Assembly: GCF_964204645.1 (NCBI RefSeq)
Contig: NC_134032.1
Location: forward strand, 11,582,275-11,646,274
DNA length: 64,000 nt
Reading direction: 5' to 3'
From: Tubulanus polymorphus
Lineage: Eukaryota > Animalia > Nemertea
The translations under genes and the position numbers were made by a program. The first letter of the stretch is position 1, and each line of letters opens with the position of its first letter. Under the pieces are notes generated by a model that was not told the DNA's origin, made no database searches, and was given only the letters and a program-made list of their open reading frames with translations. Positions 1 to 13,004 of this stretch are shown here, in pieces.

Positions 1-66
1 CGGGAAAGCCGGTGACTGTAAGATTTACAATTAATATCAGTTTTGCGATAAAGGGTTTTAATTCTC

Positions 67-396
67 ATGCTCGTGTTAAATGACATGAGCGAACACACGC
101 CAGTGAAAAACCGTGTGTCCACCGGCGAAAAACCGTTTAAATGTTCGATTTGCGAGAAACATTTTACGCAGACATCAAGCTGTTACCTTCACATGAAACA
201 GGTTCATACCGATGAACGACCGTTTAAATGTCAGTTTTGCACTAAACAGATGAAAACTCGCGACCATTTGAAACAACACGAGCGAATTCACACCGGCGAA
301 AAACCGTTTAAATGTCCGACATGCGAGAAACGTTTTATTCGGAAAGATTACTGTAAAGATCACGTGAAACGCGTTCATAACACGTTCGATTCTTAA
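67..396 (+). CDS. 3' part of a variable terminal C2H2 zinc-finger exon (3 intact fingers; 5' part degenerate or outside the window)
   Basis: CxxC...HxxxH/HxxxxH fingers with TGEKPF linkers; bases 1-120 contain frame-disrupted finger remnants. Confidence 0.75.
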   Translation: MLVLNDMSEHTPVKNRVSTGEKPFKCSICEKHFTQTSSCYLHMKQVHTDERPFKCQFCTKQMKTRDHLKQHERIHTGEKPFKCPTCEKRFIRKDYCKDHVKRVHNTFDS

Positions 397-851
397 ATAC
401 TAAAGTTTGAATATAGAAATGAAAACTCATTTGGAATTCCCTAGTACTGTTTAGTTATTTTCTACTATCCAAAAAGATAATTCAGTTATTGTTTATGATG
501 GGACCGGATATATTATATTATATTATTATATATAATCAGATGTATTTATATTTTGTCTTATTATGGTACGAGAATAATGTTCTTGGTATTTCAGTTTTGG
601 ACTAGGCGTTTTGTTTGGAAGCAGCATATATTACGTTGCTAGAATGATGTGATTTTTGTGTAAGATATGATTATATCTGTTTAATAAATAAGAGTGAAAA
701 TGATGACTTTCTTCGTGTTGGTTTTTGTCGTTTCCCGTCAGGAATACTGACAGTGACTTGAGTATCATCCTGCATTTTGAACAGGTCGCACATACCGGGT
801 ACCTGCTCTAATTTTGTTATCATAAAATGAAAACTAAAATCCGGATTCTGA

Positions 852-1365
<514 letters not shown>

Positions 1366-1588
1366 ATTCTAGTTTTGATTAAGTAAATAAGTTTCATTTG
1401 GTTTCAAATTGAACTTTAAGTGTAATCATAGTAATGTACTTCTTATTTTTCTATCCAAAGATAATTCACTGTATGGTTTATGATGGAACTGAATACAGAA
1501 TCCGAGAGTTATGTCATATTTTCCAAGTTTGGCTCGACCAAGCCCGAACCAATCTTTAGCACGGCACAAAATATTTCACAGAAAAGCG

Positions 1589-1694
1589 GTATCCAGTTCC
1601 ACAGTTGTGAATTAGATAGAGTTAACTTTGAGTTGAAATTAATTCATTTTCAAACTCAGATGCAAATCTTAACTCGGAACTGTGGAGCTGGAGC
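1589..1694. mobile_element. PIF/Harbinger-like MITE, degenerate copy of the 108-bp family
   Basis: TIRs ccagttccacag / ctgtggagctgg; homologous to 22116-22223 and 46524-46631. Confidence 0.7.
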
Positions 1695-1734
1695 CTGCAC
1701 ATTAAGATGACAAGAAAGTTTGAATTGCTACTGG

Positions 1735-1910
1735 TTCCGTGTCAGTTTTGCGACGACGCGGCGTTTATTACTGCTGCAGATTGTAAACAACCCGAGCGAA
1801 TTCACACCGACGAAAAACCGTTTAAATGTCCGACGTGCGAGTTACGTTTTGGACAGAGATCAAACTGTAACTGCCACATAAAACGCGTTTATAACAAGCT
1901 AGATGCTTAG
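1735..1910 (+). pseudogene. Relic ZnF exon fragment
   Basis: CQFC..QPERIH and CPTC..HIKRVY with mutated His ligands; no acceptor found. Confidence 0.7.
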
Positions 1911-2120
1911 CGCTGTTTTGACCTAAATTCAGCAGAGCTGATGGGTTGGGGAAACGCCCATATTTCATAAATGGCTCTAGTCCTAGTTTTTATCGGATTT
2001 ACCTAAAACTTGGTACCAATGATCTGAGGGCTAGATCTAAAATACATCTTGATGTTCTATGTTAAACTTGTTTAGATAGAAAAGAAAATTGCTAACACTG
2101 TCCATGTTGTGACGATAAAA

Positions 2121-2287
2121 AGAGAATCCCAAACTGATATAACGAAAGATGAAGTTCGAAAAGTTGCCTTTAAGCTAAATAATGTTTTATTAATTCGACG
2201 TTTCGACATTAACCTTCGAATCAATGAATCATTAGCTTTATAAAAACTTTTCGGACTTCAATTTTCGTTATCACTGTGGGGTTCTCT
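2121..2287. repeat. Imperfect inverted repeat
   Basis: agagaatccc..gatataacgaaagatgaagttcgaaaagtt vs aacttttcggacttcaattttcgttatcactgtggggttctct. Confidence 0.6.
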
Positions 2288-2748
2288 ATCTATTTAAAAA
2301 AATTGCGTTTAGTATATAATGAAAGGAATGATTTCATAGTGGATGCGTTATATTACTTCTCGTGAGTCATTTGTTTATATGTGGGACTCGGATTCATGAT
2401 TCGAGAGTAAAATTGTATTTTCTTGAAAATTCACATGAGTAATGTTGCCGTATTTCAGTTTTGGACTCTCGAAAGTTTTTCCTTGTACAGCTTTTCTACG
2501 GGTAAAATTGACCGGGCGTTTCGTCGGTATCAATCTGTTCATTATCTTACTCGAGCGATGTACAAGACCTGTTTAATAAATAAGATTGAAAAAGAAGATT
2601 TTCTTTATCTGTTGTTTTTGTCGTTCCCCATCAGGAATACTGACGGTAACTGAATTTCTTCCTTTTTTGAACAGATCACGCATACCCGCTCTAATTTTGT
2701 AATCATTAAAATGAAAACTAAAATTCGGATTCTGATGGCTATTTGCAG

Positions 2749-3422
2749 GTTTTGTGATCGGACCGGTGTGGCATCTCGGAATGGACGCGTACAGTCAGAT
2801 CGGAATCGAGCAGAATTTATCGGCGATGGCGATGGCGACGGCGGTTTCCCTGGAAACATTCGGCGAACAGGATAAACATCGTAAACAGTGCAGTTTTTGT
2901 GGCAAGCAATTTATGAAAGTGGGAGATTTAAATCGGCACCGACGAATTCACACCGGCGAAAAACCGTTTAAATGCCCGATGTGCGAGCGGTGTTTTACGC
3001 TGAAAGCGCAGTGTAACATGCACATGAAACGCGTTCACATCAACGAAAAACCGTTTAAATGTCAGTTTTGCGACGAAGGTTTCGATTCCCCCGCGGATCT
3101 TACGCAACACGAGCGAATTCACACGGGCGAAAAACCGTTCAAATGCCCGATGTGCGATCTGCGTTTCATGCAGATATCGACGCGCAATCGGCACATGAAA
3201 AGCGTCCATACCGACGCGAAACCGTTCAAGTGTCCGTTTTGCGAGGAAGGGTTCGCTTCCCCTGCGGATTGTAAACAACACGAACACGTACACACGGGCG
3301 AAAAACCGTTTAAATGTCCGATATGCGGGCAACGTTTCAATCGGAAGTATCACTGTCAAAAGCACATGAAACGCGTTCATGACGTGTTCGATTCTAGTTT
3401 CGATGTTCAAAAGGATCATTAG
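2749..3422 (+). CDS. Variable terminal exon, 6 C2H2 fingers, intact
   Basis: Acceptor gattctgatggctatttgcag|GT TTT GTG, phase 1, in frame with ORF 2754-3422. Confidence 0.9.
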
Positions 3423-4623
3423 GCAAAAATGATACCTTGTTTCTCCGTCTGCTTGCCTTTAAGTTGACCCGGCTGGCTGCACATCTACCCACTGTACATA
3501 CTTTTTTTAAACTTTTTTAAAATCATGATCAATCTGACCATAACAGGTCTTGCAGCTATAAAAATTAACAGATTACAAATTTTTCGGAGTTTACATAATG
3601 CCCAGGGTGCTGCGTTGAAAATAAGGTATCCACCTTGTCATACTTTTTTTCAACATTAGTTTATTGTTTGCTTAGAAGTTTAAGAATCTCTTGTAGTACT
3701 GTACTTATTGCTGAAAATATTGAATACAGTGAACCGCCCCTAACTCGGACGAACTGGGACTGGTAAAGTTATTCCGGATTAACTGAAAAATTTGATAGAT
3801 ATCAAATCAGAAAATGGTTTAATTTTTGTCTCTAGTCAGACGAAAGCCTTGAGTTGCCAACCATGTTCGAGTAAGGTGAGGTTTACCTGGCAAGGTTTGG
3901 GAGTGACACACGTTTTTGTACCTCAATGAGTTATACTGACCTGACCGATGCCACGATGTGTTCAGATGTGTTCATTTCATTTAAAAGAAAGTATTGATGT
4001 TTAGCTAGAGTAGATGAAGAATAAATATGATATCTCAATATCAAGATTGTTTTTGTGGTGTTTTAATTAATTCTCCAGCTCGCGATACTGACTGAGCGTC
4101 TTTCTGGGCATGAATAGCATTTTTCGTAGTTGTAAGGAGAATGCCTAGCTCAATGGCAATTAACAAACGGACAACGATGCAGAATATTGAATAACGGCTT
4201 TATTCTTAGTCCAAAGTCAGATATCCAAACTCGGTCGCCAATTTCTGTCCGTTCAGAATTACGATACAGATCACACGTACTACACAAGAGCGGATCCAAG
4301 GTTCTTTGAAGGGGTGTGACTGGAAATTGAAAAGGAAGATTTGGCAATGCGATGGCCGCCAGCAACGCATCGAAAATCGAAGAACAAAAAATGATTTTTT
4401 GGCCATTTGGATTTTGTTCTTTAATGTCTATCAAAAATTTTCTTTACGAAACAAATTTTTCAGACTTTTTTTGGAAGCCACATGATATAATTAATCATTA
4501 ATGTTTCGATATCTTTGTCTAGTTAGATCCGTCATTCCTATAGTTTTCATTATACTCGATAACGCATGTAATCATAGAATTAAATTTGAATTTAAAATCT
4601 GCATTTCTGATGGCTATTTGCAG

Positions 4624-4928
4624 GTGTTGTGTCCGGACTGACGCGGAATCCTGAATTCGGCGCTTACAACGCAGTCCGTAAGTTATCGGTTCCTAGAGCG
4701 AAGAAACCCGTAGATCGCGAAAGGCGTCGGAAACATCTGTGCAGTTATTGCGATAAACGGTTTTTGTCGTGCAGAGATTTAAACCGCCACGAACTGATTC
4801 ACACCGGCGAAAAACCGTTTAAATGTCCGATGTGCGAGAAACATTTCAATCAGAAATCAAATCGGAAACTACATTTACAGCGCATTCACAATATCAACAT
4901 GGACATGTTTACGTTAAAAGATTCGTAG
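4624..4928 (+). CDS. Variable terminal exon, 2 C2H2 fingers, intact
   Basis: Acceptor ttctgatggctatttgcag|GT GTT GTG, phase 1. Confidence 0.88.
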
Positions 4929-5399
4929 ACGGTTCTAAATTCTGCTATTTGCATGATCTCTGGCGAGACTGGTGTGGAAGAATCATGAATTCGACATATG
5001 GCAGAATTCGTCGTTAGCGCCGGCGACGTCAGTTCGAACCGTAACTCGTGAACACCGGTCCGGTGCGATGAAGACTCGTTCGATTGTGGCAATCGAGGAT
5101 TTCACTTGTGGCAAGCGAGGATTCACCAGGTTCGCTAGTGTGACAACAACTCCCGGATTTCTTCTCATATTCAATTTAAGTCTATCCATAATTTCTCGAA
5201 TTCTTTATATGGTGATCAGTAAAAACCACCTTAAATATGCACCTTAAGATCATCTGAGTTTATCAAGAGGAGTGATTTGCCTAATTTCTGATAAGGGAAG
5301 CTAAAAATCTAGATGAAAGTTCATTGAAAATGAACTAGATTTTGACGGGGTTGTCGCACTGTTACGCACGCCATCTAGCGGGATAGCTCGAAGTCCTCA

Positions 5400-5950
5400 T
5401 AACTGCGAAAAACGCTTTTTACGAGCGATTCGATGCAACACGAGCGAATTCACACCAGCGAAAAACCGTTTAAATGTCAGTTTTGCGATGGAAGGTTTTA
5501 TTCTATCGGAGATTGTAAGCAGCACGAACGAACGCGCATCGTTGTAGAAATACCGTTTAAGTATCCGATGTGCGAGCAACGTTTCACACTGATATCAAAC
5601 TGTAACCGGCACGTTAACATGTTTCATGACAAACCGTTTAAATGTTCGATGTGCGAGGAATTAACGTTTTACGCAGAAATCTCACCGTAATCAGCAAATG
5701 AAACTTGTTCATCGCGTCAATGAAAAACCATCTAAATGACTCGGATTGTGATGTAAACAGCGCGCGAATACATCACTGAGACGCATCGAAATGCCATTTT
5801 GCGATAGAATTTCGCAGATTTTTGCGCCCAATTTACGCGACATGAACGAATATACTGTGGCGAAAAACCGTTCCCCCAAATATCTGATGTGCGAAGTTTC
5901 AATCAGAAATCCTACCCGAAACATCATTTACATTCGCATTCGCAATATTA
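5400..5950 (+). pseudogene. Degenerate multi-finger ZnF exon relic
   Basis: HERIHTSEKPFKCQFC motifs with several frameshifts; no acceptor found. Confidence 0.75.
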
Positions 5951-6038
5951 ACATGGAAATGTTAATCTTTTGGTGAACCCCACCAGGTACATTAAGAGTG
6001 AATAGTTCTAAAATCTGAATTCTGATGGCTATTTGCAG

Positions 6039-6340
6039 GAGCTGTAACCGGACTGGCGTGGAATCGCAGATTTGCCATTCGGCAGAATTCACCAGATGTG
6101 GCGATGGCAGTTGGCCAGAGAACCGTGGACCACGACGACGAAAAACGCCGTAAACATCCGTGCGGTTTTTGCGAAAAACGTTTTTTGTCGCCCGCGCATC
6201 GTAATCGGCACGAACGACTTCACACGGGCTTACAACCATTTCAATGTCCGATGTGCGAGCGACGTTTCAATTGTAAATCGAACTATAATCGACACATGAA
6301 ACAGGTCCATAACTTCGACCTGAACACATTTTATTTCTAG
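6039..6340 (+). CDS. Variable terminal exon, 2 C2H2 fingers, intact
   Basis: Acceptor aattctgatggctatttgcag|GA GCT, phase 1, open into ORF 6098-6340. Confidence 0.88.
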
Positions 6341-8046
6341 TTTTAAAGTTCGAACGTTTCGTTCAATGGATGGAAAAAAGTTTTCTAAAGGCTAGAAAAC
6401 TATACATCGTTGCTCCTAATCGGCTGCGTCATTTTCGAATTTGTAATCAGTTAATTTCTATAGTTGCCAGATATGTTATGGTTAGCTTGATCGCGATTTA
6501 AAAAAAAGTAATGTACAGGGTAGATCGGCAGCTGGCCGGGTCAACTTTTAAACTCAGCAGTAATGAGAAACAAGGCATGATTTTTTCAACCAGAAGGTTT
6601 AATTTATTTCTTCCGCATTCATGGTTTCATTTGATGAATGATATTGGAATCAAATCAGGATTTGGTTAAATCTTCAGTTTGAAACTACAATAATGATGAG
6701 TAATTAATGTTTAAAGAAAGTTTTTCTACTGCTGTGAGTTTTTACCGGTTACATTATTTTCTTCTTTTAGACATATTGAATAAAGTATTGATAACTTAAG
6801 ATTTTCTTGTGTTTTTCCTCGGCGTTCACCATCTGGAACACTTGATAGTGAATGAGATTTCAAGTCTTGAACAGGTCACAAACCACCTGCTTGATTTTGT
6901 TTTCATCAGAATGACAATATTAAGGAATCTCATGACAATGTGCAAGATTCCGACACAAGTTGCCGTGGGAAACCACTGGTGGCTGGTGACTGGTGGCTGG
7001 AATCCGCCTGCCACCTGGGATGATCAATTGCCAAGGTTAATTCATTTACTGGAGTTAAACAAGATGATATTCGGTTGCAATATACGTATCCGGACTAAAA
7101 TTTGAATCAGCGACTGCATGGTCACAAACACTGGTGGTGAACCGATCGTAAGAAACGCAAATGTCAGCGTTCGTCACTCTATCCTGAATAATTGACTTCA
7201 GTGAGACAAGCTGATGATTCAATTTATTCTTGATATTTTTTTTTAAATGTTTGGGGGATATACAGTATAGGATCTTTTGGCACCTTTACGATTCGTCCAA
7301 CTCGACGAGTGAAATCCGAGTTTGATCTTATACATGTATATCTCACAAAACGTATTTTTAAAACATCCGCGTTGAGCGGTTATCTGAATTGATCGGATCC
7401 AATTTGGGCGGATTCTACTGCGCGTACTGTTTCATTCTCCAGAACGGACACACAATAATTCTGAATTGTTTCATCGTTAAATTTTCGTTTGACGAGCGAT
7501 TCGTTATGATATGGGTTGGAAAACATCCAGGCGTAGGCCTTTTAGTGTTGACAGTTTTTTTTTAAATGATGGTTGGGTTTCTTACCGCAAATTGCGGTGT
7601 ACTAGCAAAATCCATCACTGATTTATACACCGTACTTCGGTGTAGACGCACTGAAAGGGTTCATGGGGTTTTTTCGCAAGACTTTATGAACCAGGCTATA
7701 ATAAATTAATCCTCTATCTGAATACAACAATCAATGAATTGCTTTGTCACATTTTGTTATTTATTAGCGAATTGGAATACAATGAATGTCTTTTCTTTAG
7801 AAAACCATTTGCGCATGTTTCAGTCATGTTCCACCTCTTAAGACATTTGTCAGACTAACATGTATGCAGGACTTCGCCTTAGACAATTCTAAATGAATAT
7901 AAAATACAAAGCAATGAATTTTTCGATGAATTTTTATCAGTTTTAAAAAACTGAAAAATCAAGGTTCGGTAAACATGACGAAGTGGAAGTAAAATTAGAT
8001 AAATCAACATAAAAACAATCATTTTGACGTAATTCGGATTTTGCAG

Positions 8047-8622
8047 GTGTGAAATGGTCGCCGCGGTTTCAAGTGCAGGAGGAAATCAGTTTAATCACAA
8101 GAGCAACTCTAACTGCTGCGAAATCGACATCCACAAACAAATCAACGCCTGCAAATGAATCTACAATTCAGAGGAAATCCTCACCAGTGAGGACATCTTC
8201 ACCTGAAAGAAACGATCAGTCACTTCTTCACGACCAATTCAATTGATCATTTGAACATATACAACGGATTAAAACCCTACGTTTGCACCGCGTGTAAAAA
8301 AGGCTTTACGCAAATCCAAAGTTTAAATCGTCACCTGAAATCCGTTCACATGGGATTAAAACCTTACGTTTGTACCGTGTGCAAAAAAGGTTTTACACAA
8401 GCCGGACATTTAAACACTCACCTGAAAACCGTTCACACCGGTTTAAAACCTCACATTTGTACCGTTTGCAAAAAAGGTTTTACGCAAGTTGCAAGTTTGA
8501 ATGTTCACGTGAAAACTGTTCACATGGGAATAAAACCTCACGTGTGTACCGTGTGCAAAAAAGGTTTCACGCAGGTCGGAAGTTTAAATCATCACCTGAA
8601 AACCGTCCACAACATTTTGTAA
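8047..8622 (+). pseudogene. Variable terminal exon with 4 HxxxxH fingers, frameshifted near 8240-8250
   Basis: Acceptor ttttgcag|GT GTG (phase 1); linker ORF 8049-8246 and finger ORF 8251-8622 are in different frames, whereas paralog 26507-26964 is contiguous. Confidence 0.7.
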
Positions 8623-9025
8623 TACGGACTGAAAATCGATTTCTTGAATATACAGTAAACTTCAAGATTAAAAGATTAAAAATGACTCATTTATTTCTCT
8701 ATTATCTATATACTGTTGGTCTCATATGGAATTCTTAATTGTTCAATTCGATGCTTGTAAAAATTACCTATTGTAAATGTGACACGTGTGAATGAACTGG
8801 ATAATCGTGCTAAAGTTTCGGAAACGTGGAACAGATTTTCATACCAAAATCAAACATTGTTGATGCATCGTTATCTAGCAGTTGGAAGGAGAATTGATTT
8901 ATTCAAAAAGGTAACGGCAAACATAACGCCTATTCATAGGATATAAGCTTCGTAAAACAAATTACGGCAGTTTTATTGTTTCGGTATTGGTAATATTTTA
9001 GGTGATGTCCGGCACGCCACCAGTT

Positions 9026-9194
9026 GTGTTAAATCATAACCATCAAGTGCTGCCCCTATATACGAGATTGACGGTAAACATAGGAACTAACTCGAAATCA
9101 TATCATTCCTACTGTTGCATGCGAGTAATAAATTAGTTTCGATATTCGCCAACGATATTTTTAGGGGCAGCACTGGACGGTTACGATTTCGCAC
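9026..9194. promoter_or_regulatory. Conserved ~170-nt palindromic element upstream of putative exon 1 (unit 1)
   Basis: Arms taaccatcaagtgctgcccctata / taggggcagcactggacggtta; paralogs near 16541, 28634, 40010, 48310. Confidence 0.5.
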
Positions 9195-9204
9195 CTGATG
9201 CAAA

Positions 9205-9278
9205 CTGAGAAACGCTGATTGAATCAACTTGAATCTCGGTGCAGCGCCGTTTTCACGCTTGAAAAAGCTTTTGAGTTA
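9205..9278 (+). other. Putative non-coding exon 1 of unit 1 (paralog donors at 16861, 28948, 55307)
   Basis: Conserved block ending at gtatgt/gtaagt/gtacgt, 0.4-2.2 kb upstream of the exon A acceptor in those units; start position approximate. Confidence 0.5.
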
Positions 9279-9709
9279 GTATGTCAGTATTCTGTCTATG
9301 AGGGAAACCTGGCTAATTTCAATTCCCCGATTGTCAGTCAAAAACGACGTCATTTGGCTGACTTTACTCCACCACCAGGCTCTGCCTGGTCCACGTACCA
9401 CACCACACACGCCATCATGGTACACGTCACACACATGCACTGGGCTGATGAAATTTACCTTAATCACGATAAACAATCACCGGTCCCCATCTTAACATCG
9501 ATCATGTCCCTGTTTTATACATGATGATCCAACGCTTTGTCCACACAGGGCTTGTATTTGAAGTTTGGCGGGGCCTGGGGCAAGAAATTTTAAAATTTTG
9601 AAGCATTTTAGATGCATTTCAAGCCAATGTTGGTGAATATTTCATAAGAAAGTCACTAAGTCATGAAATCTAATTACTTTTCTTCTGAAGTAGTGGAACT
9701 CTGGATCTT

Positions 9710-10544
9710 CAGGGGCGGACCCAGGGGGATGGGTAGACAGTATTGGAAGGAAATTTAAGGGCACCTTTCTGATCTTAGGGCACACCCAGTATCCAGGTCA
9801 ATGCGAGCGCCGAAGGCGCGAAGTCCTTAGAGGGGGGTCTGGGTTTTCAAAATTTTGAAAATATGGTACCATATAAAGGCTTTTAGAGGGCTTCTAGAGG
9901 CTAGCAGAGCAATCCAGAATAAACGAATTCGAGACAAGATTTCAACAGATGCGGATAAAAAATGAAGCTGGCGAACCCATGAAAGAATGGTTGTCGCCAA
10001 CTTCGCCTAGTGCCCCTATAATCTTTAAAAGTGCCCCTTAACAATTATACAGAATACGGCTAAGTGCCCCTTCATTGTTAACAATCGGCAAAAATTGCCT
10101 CGTCTTCACATTTATCCTTATGTCGTGTGCCATCTTCCAAACCAAAAGAGCCCCTAAAATTTTAAAAATTAGGCAAAAAAGTGCCCTTTTCTTCAACATT
10201 TTCCGCGTATAGTGCCCTCTTCTAAAGTACGAGTGCCCCTTTAGCCCTCCCTGAAAAGGCAAGGACAAGGTGCCCTCATCTAAAGCATGAGTGCCCCTTG
10301 CAAAAGGAAAGTGCCCTTTTTAATTTATCATGATTAAAGGCTTTACAAATATGATTATCTCTCCTCACTTTCTCGGCAGCGGTATATACCGATTAATTTT
10401 ATAATTATGCCCGGATTACGGACACGGAATTAGCGGTTGCTGAAATAATGCCGTCAAAAATATTGCCGGTGAAATTTCGAAGGGCACTTAAAAATTCTAG
10501 ACCGTATTGGGCAATACGGCTAATACGGTCTGAATCCGCCCCTG
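9710..10544. mobile_element. Non-autonomous DNA transposon with 5-bp TSD (hAT5-like)
   Basis: TIR caggggcgga / tccgcccctg, TSD atctt; internal gagcgccgaaggcgcgaag shared with 41397-41748; many gtgcccct motifs. Confidence 0.75.
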
Positions 10545-10873
10545 ATCTTGTGGGGAGGTGCGCTCGGATCCAACACGCCTCCCCTGGGTACGGGCCAGTT
10601 ATCAAAGCCCATATTCAAGTGCATGTGTCCACAACATCATGCGGAACCACCTTGTACAGCAGCCGGGCCTGTTTTTATAACTCATCCCTAGATTAAACCT
10701 TTGTACATCAGCGCATGCCAGGGTTTCAAGGAATGAAGGAAGTGCAGCCAGGGTTAGGCCTTGTGTAGGGGGAGTCAATGAAACCCTGGCAAATGAGAAT
10801 GCCTTCAAAATACAGGACCCTAATGCAACTCCATTGAATGTGGGTTTTGTACGCACCCTTGATTAAAAGCCTG

Positions 10874-10982
10874 GGCCCGGTTTTATAGACTGATATAACC
10901 TTTAACCTGGGGGCTAACTCAATTGATAATGAATTGAGTTAGCCCCTGGGTCATAGGTAACACCAGTCTTTAAAACTGGCCC
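10874..10982. mobile_element. PIF/Harbinger-like MITE
   Basis: TIR ggcccggttttatagactg / cagtctttaaaactggccc; 3-bp TSD ctg; relative at 25238-25345. Confidence 0.75.
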
Positions 10983-11120
10983 CTGAAGATTAAGGCATTG
11001 TTCAAGGAATACAAACCCTAAAAGTAAGGTACCTGTGTGCAAGGGATTCTAAAACTCCCAAAGACTAAACTAAATTTCTTCAATTTTCAGAAGTTATATA
11101 GATAGAGAAGTGATGTTAAA

Positions 11121-11268
11121 ATGTTGCTGTTGGAAGGTGTCGAGGTGCACGTATGCGAGGATGCATTTAAAAGTTGTCTGCGTCAACACATGGATTGGTT
11201 AGATGAATTAGTTATTGATGCTGATGATAGTACCTGGTTTAGATGGATGTCTCGACGTCAAACTAAAG
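11121..11268 (+). CDS. Constant exon A, unit 1 (coding part; exon starts 11091), 49-aa N-terminal domain
   Basis: caattttcag acceptor, aaaATG start, phase-1 donor aaaG|gttcgt; six near-identical copies whose similarity ends at the donor. Confidence 0.85.
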
Positions 11269-11347
11269 GTTCGTCTTTAAGAATTAGACCTCAAATTCAA
11301 CAATTCTGGTCATAAGGGGAAATGGTAGGATGGAAGGGGTTAAATTA

Positions 11348-11780
11348 GGGAGCGTTCACAGATTAGTACCTCAAAATTGCCCGTTTTTCTGACCCTCCTA
11401 CCCCCTTGTACCACCTTTGTACCAAATTCACTGACCCCTCTTAAGTACGTACCATGGCAACCGTGACCGCCCCCAATTATATTGATACCAAGCACACAGA
11501 ACAAAATTCCAATATGAAGAAATGACACAATAAAAGAATTAAGCAAGTATTGTTGTTTATTGATTTTATAGATACCTGGTAGTAAAAGCCGCGATAAAAC
11601 ACCAGTGGTATCGTCTATTTTCATTTGAGTTTGGTGCATAAAGTACATACCAAGATTGATTAATACCCCCTCCCTCAAAGTACGTACCTTTTTTGCTGAC
11701 CCCCTTCCCCATCTACCACTTTGTACCAAAATTCAGTAACCGCCTCCCCCAATAGAAGTACGTAATTCATGAAGACTCCC
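11348..11780. mobile_element. Tourist/PIF-Harbinger-like MITE in intron A-B
   Basis: TIR gggagcgttca / tgaagactccc, TSD tta; empty site aaattatgagg in the paralogous intron near 19254. Confidence 0.8.
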
Positions 11781-11992
11781 TTATGAGGTAGGGCTATTGG
11801 GTTACTAAAACAGGTGAACCCTTGAAATGTGGGATAAAAATTGGCTAAATCTTGCATGTTAACTAATGAAATTATACCTTCTGAAACAATAGACCTGAAT
11901 GATAAAGGACTCTTTGAAATGTAAACTAGGTTGAATTAGTCTAAATATTGATTAGTTCCCTTAAGACATTTTGTTATCTATTGTGTTTGCAG

Positions 11993-13004
11993 ATCAGAGC
12001 CTTCAAACTCATCAAACGTCCGGAGATGGAAGCGAAACGCTCGATGCCAATCAACCAAAAACTGGACAAAAAAGACGATTTGAAGTTCAAAGCCGAACAA
12101 GAACTGTCGCTCAGAACGTTTTAAAAGCTGTGAAATGTGGCAGAAGAGGTGCAGCTGTACCGGGGGCGTTACCGCAGCAACGAGGTTCAACAATCACAAA
12201 CGGTGACGGCCAGCAGTGGTAATCTTGATACTCAGTTTCAACAACAGAGGACGCCACTGCGTACTAGCCAATTAACAGGTGTTAAACCAGCTCCACCTGG
12301 TGGTGAATCACCCAGAATATGGTTACAATTGGAAATCGACTTGAAACCATCGGTTACCAACGTTGTATCCCAGCGACAATTGAATGAATCAGAGAATGTG
12401 TCGTCAACAGCTACGGTCAGCTCGGCATCGGCGGAAACCGTCAATTTCTCAGTTCTAGATTTAAATGGTTATGAAATATCATCAAGCGCCGAAATCGAAT
12501 CAACTTTAGAAAGTATCAGAAATGCAGGGGAGGAATCAGACGATTCTACGATTCCTGACGATTCAAACGTTCGCGTTGACGTGCCATCGACAAATAGAAA
12601 TGAAACTATCCCCGAACAGTCGAGTGAAAGTGGATTATCGACACCCCCACCCCCGGCGATCTCCTGCTGCGAATACGCATTAGAAAAAATAAAATTGATC
12701 GTAAGTTCAGCTCCGTCGTTCGATCAGTTAGAAATATCTAGCAGCGCCACTGGTGGCGAAAACATCGAACTAAAATATAGTGAACAATTAACTGATACGA
12801 ATACCGCTGATATCAATACACTTCCGTTCCAACAATCGCATCATCACCTAGGTAACGGAGAAGGTGTTAAAAAAAAACTGATGAAAATTGAAATGGTTGA
12901 AATATCGTCAGGAAGCAACGATGATGATGATTATTCAACTCAACAGATCATACGACAACAACATGATCCACAACCGGGAACAAGTGGCAGTTTTAATCAA
13001 TCAG
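11993..13004 (+). pseudogene. Constant exon B, unit 1; 1-nt insertion near 12184 frameshifts it
   Basis: tttgcag|AT CAG acceptor, tcaG|gtaggt donor; cgaggttcaa vs cgagttcaa in paralogs; premature stop at 12222. Confidence 0.75.

Noticed and set aside
8240-8255. Programmed frameshift linking ORFs 8049 and 8251
   Set aside because: No slippery site, and paralog 26507 is contiguous, so a simple indel is more likely
10038-10856. ORFs in and around the 9710-10544 element as a transposase
   Set aside because: Short, overlapping on both strands, and no DDE-type motifs
11121-11268. Assigning a gene symbol (lola, mod(mdg4), ZBTB, KRAB-ZNF)
   Set aside because: No recognisable BTB or KRAB domain; the resemblance is architectural only
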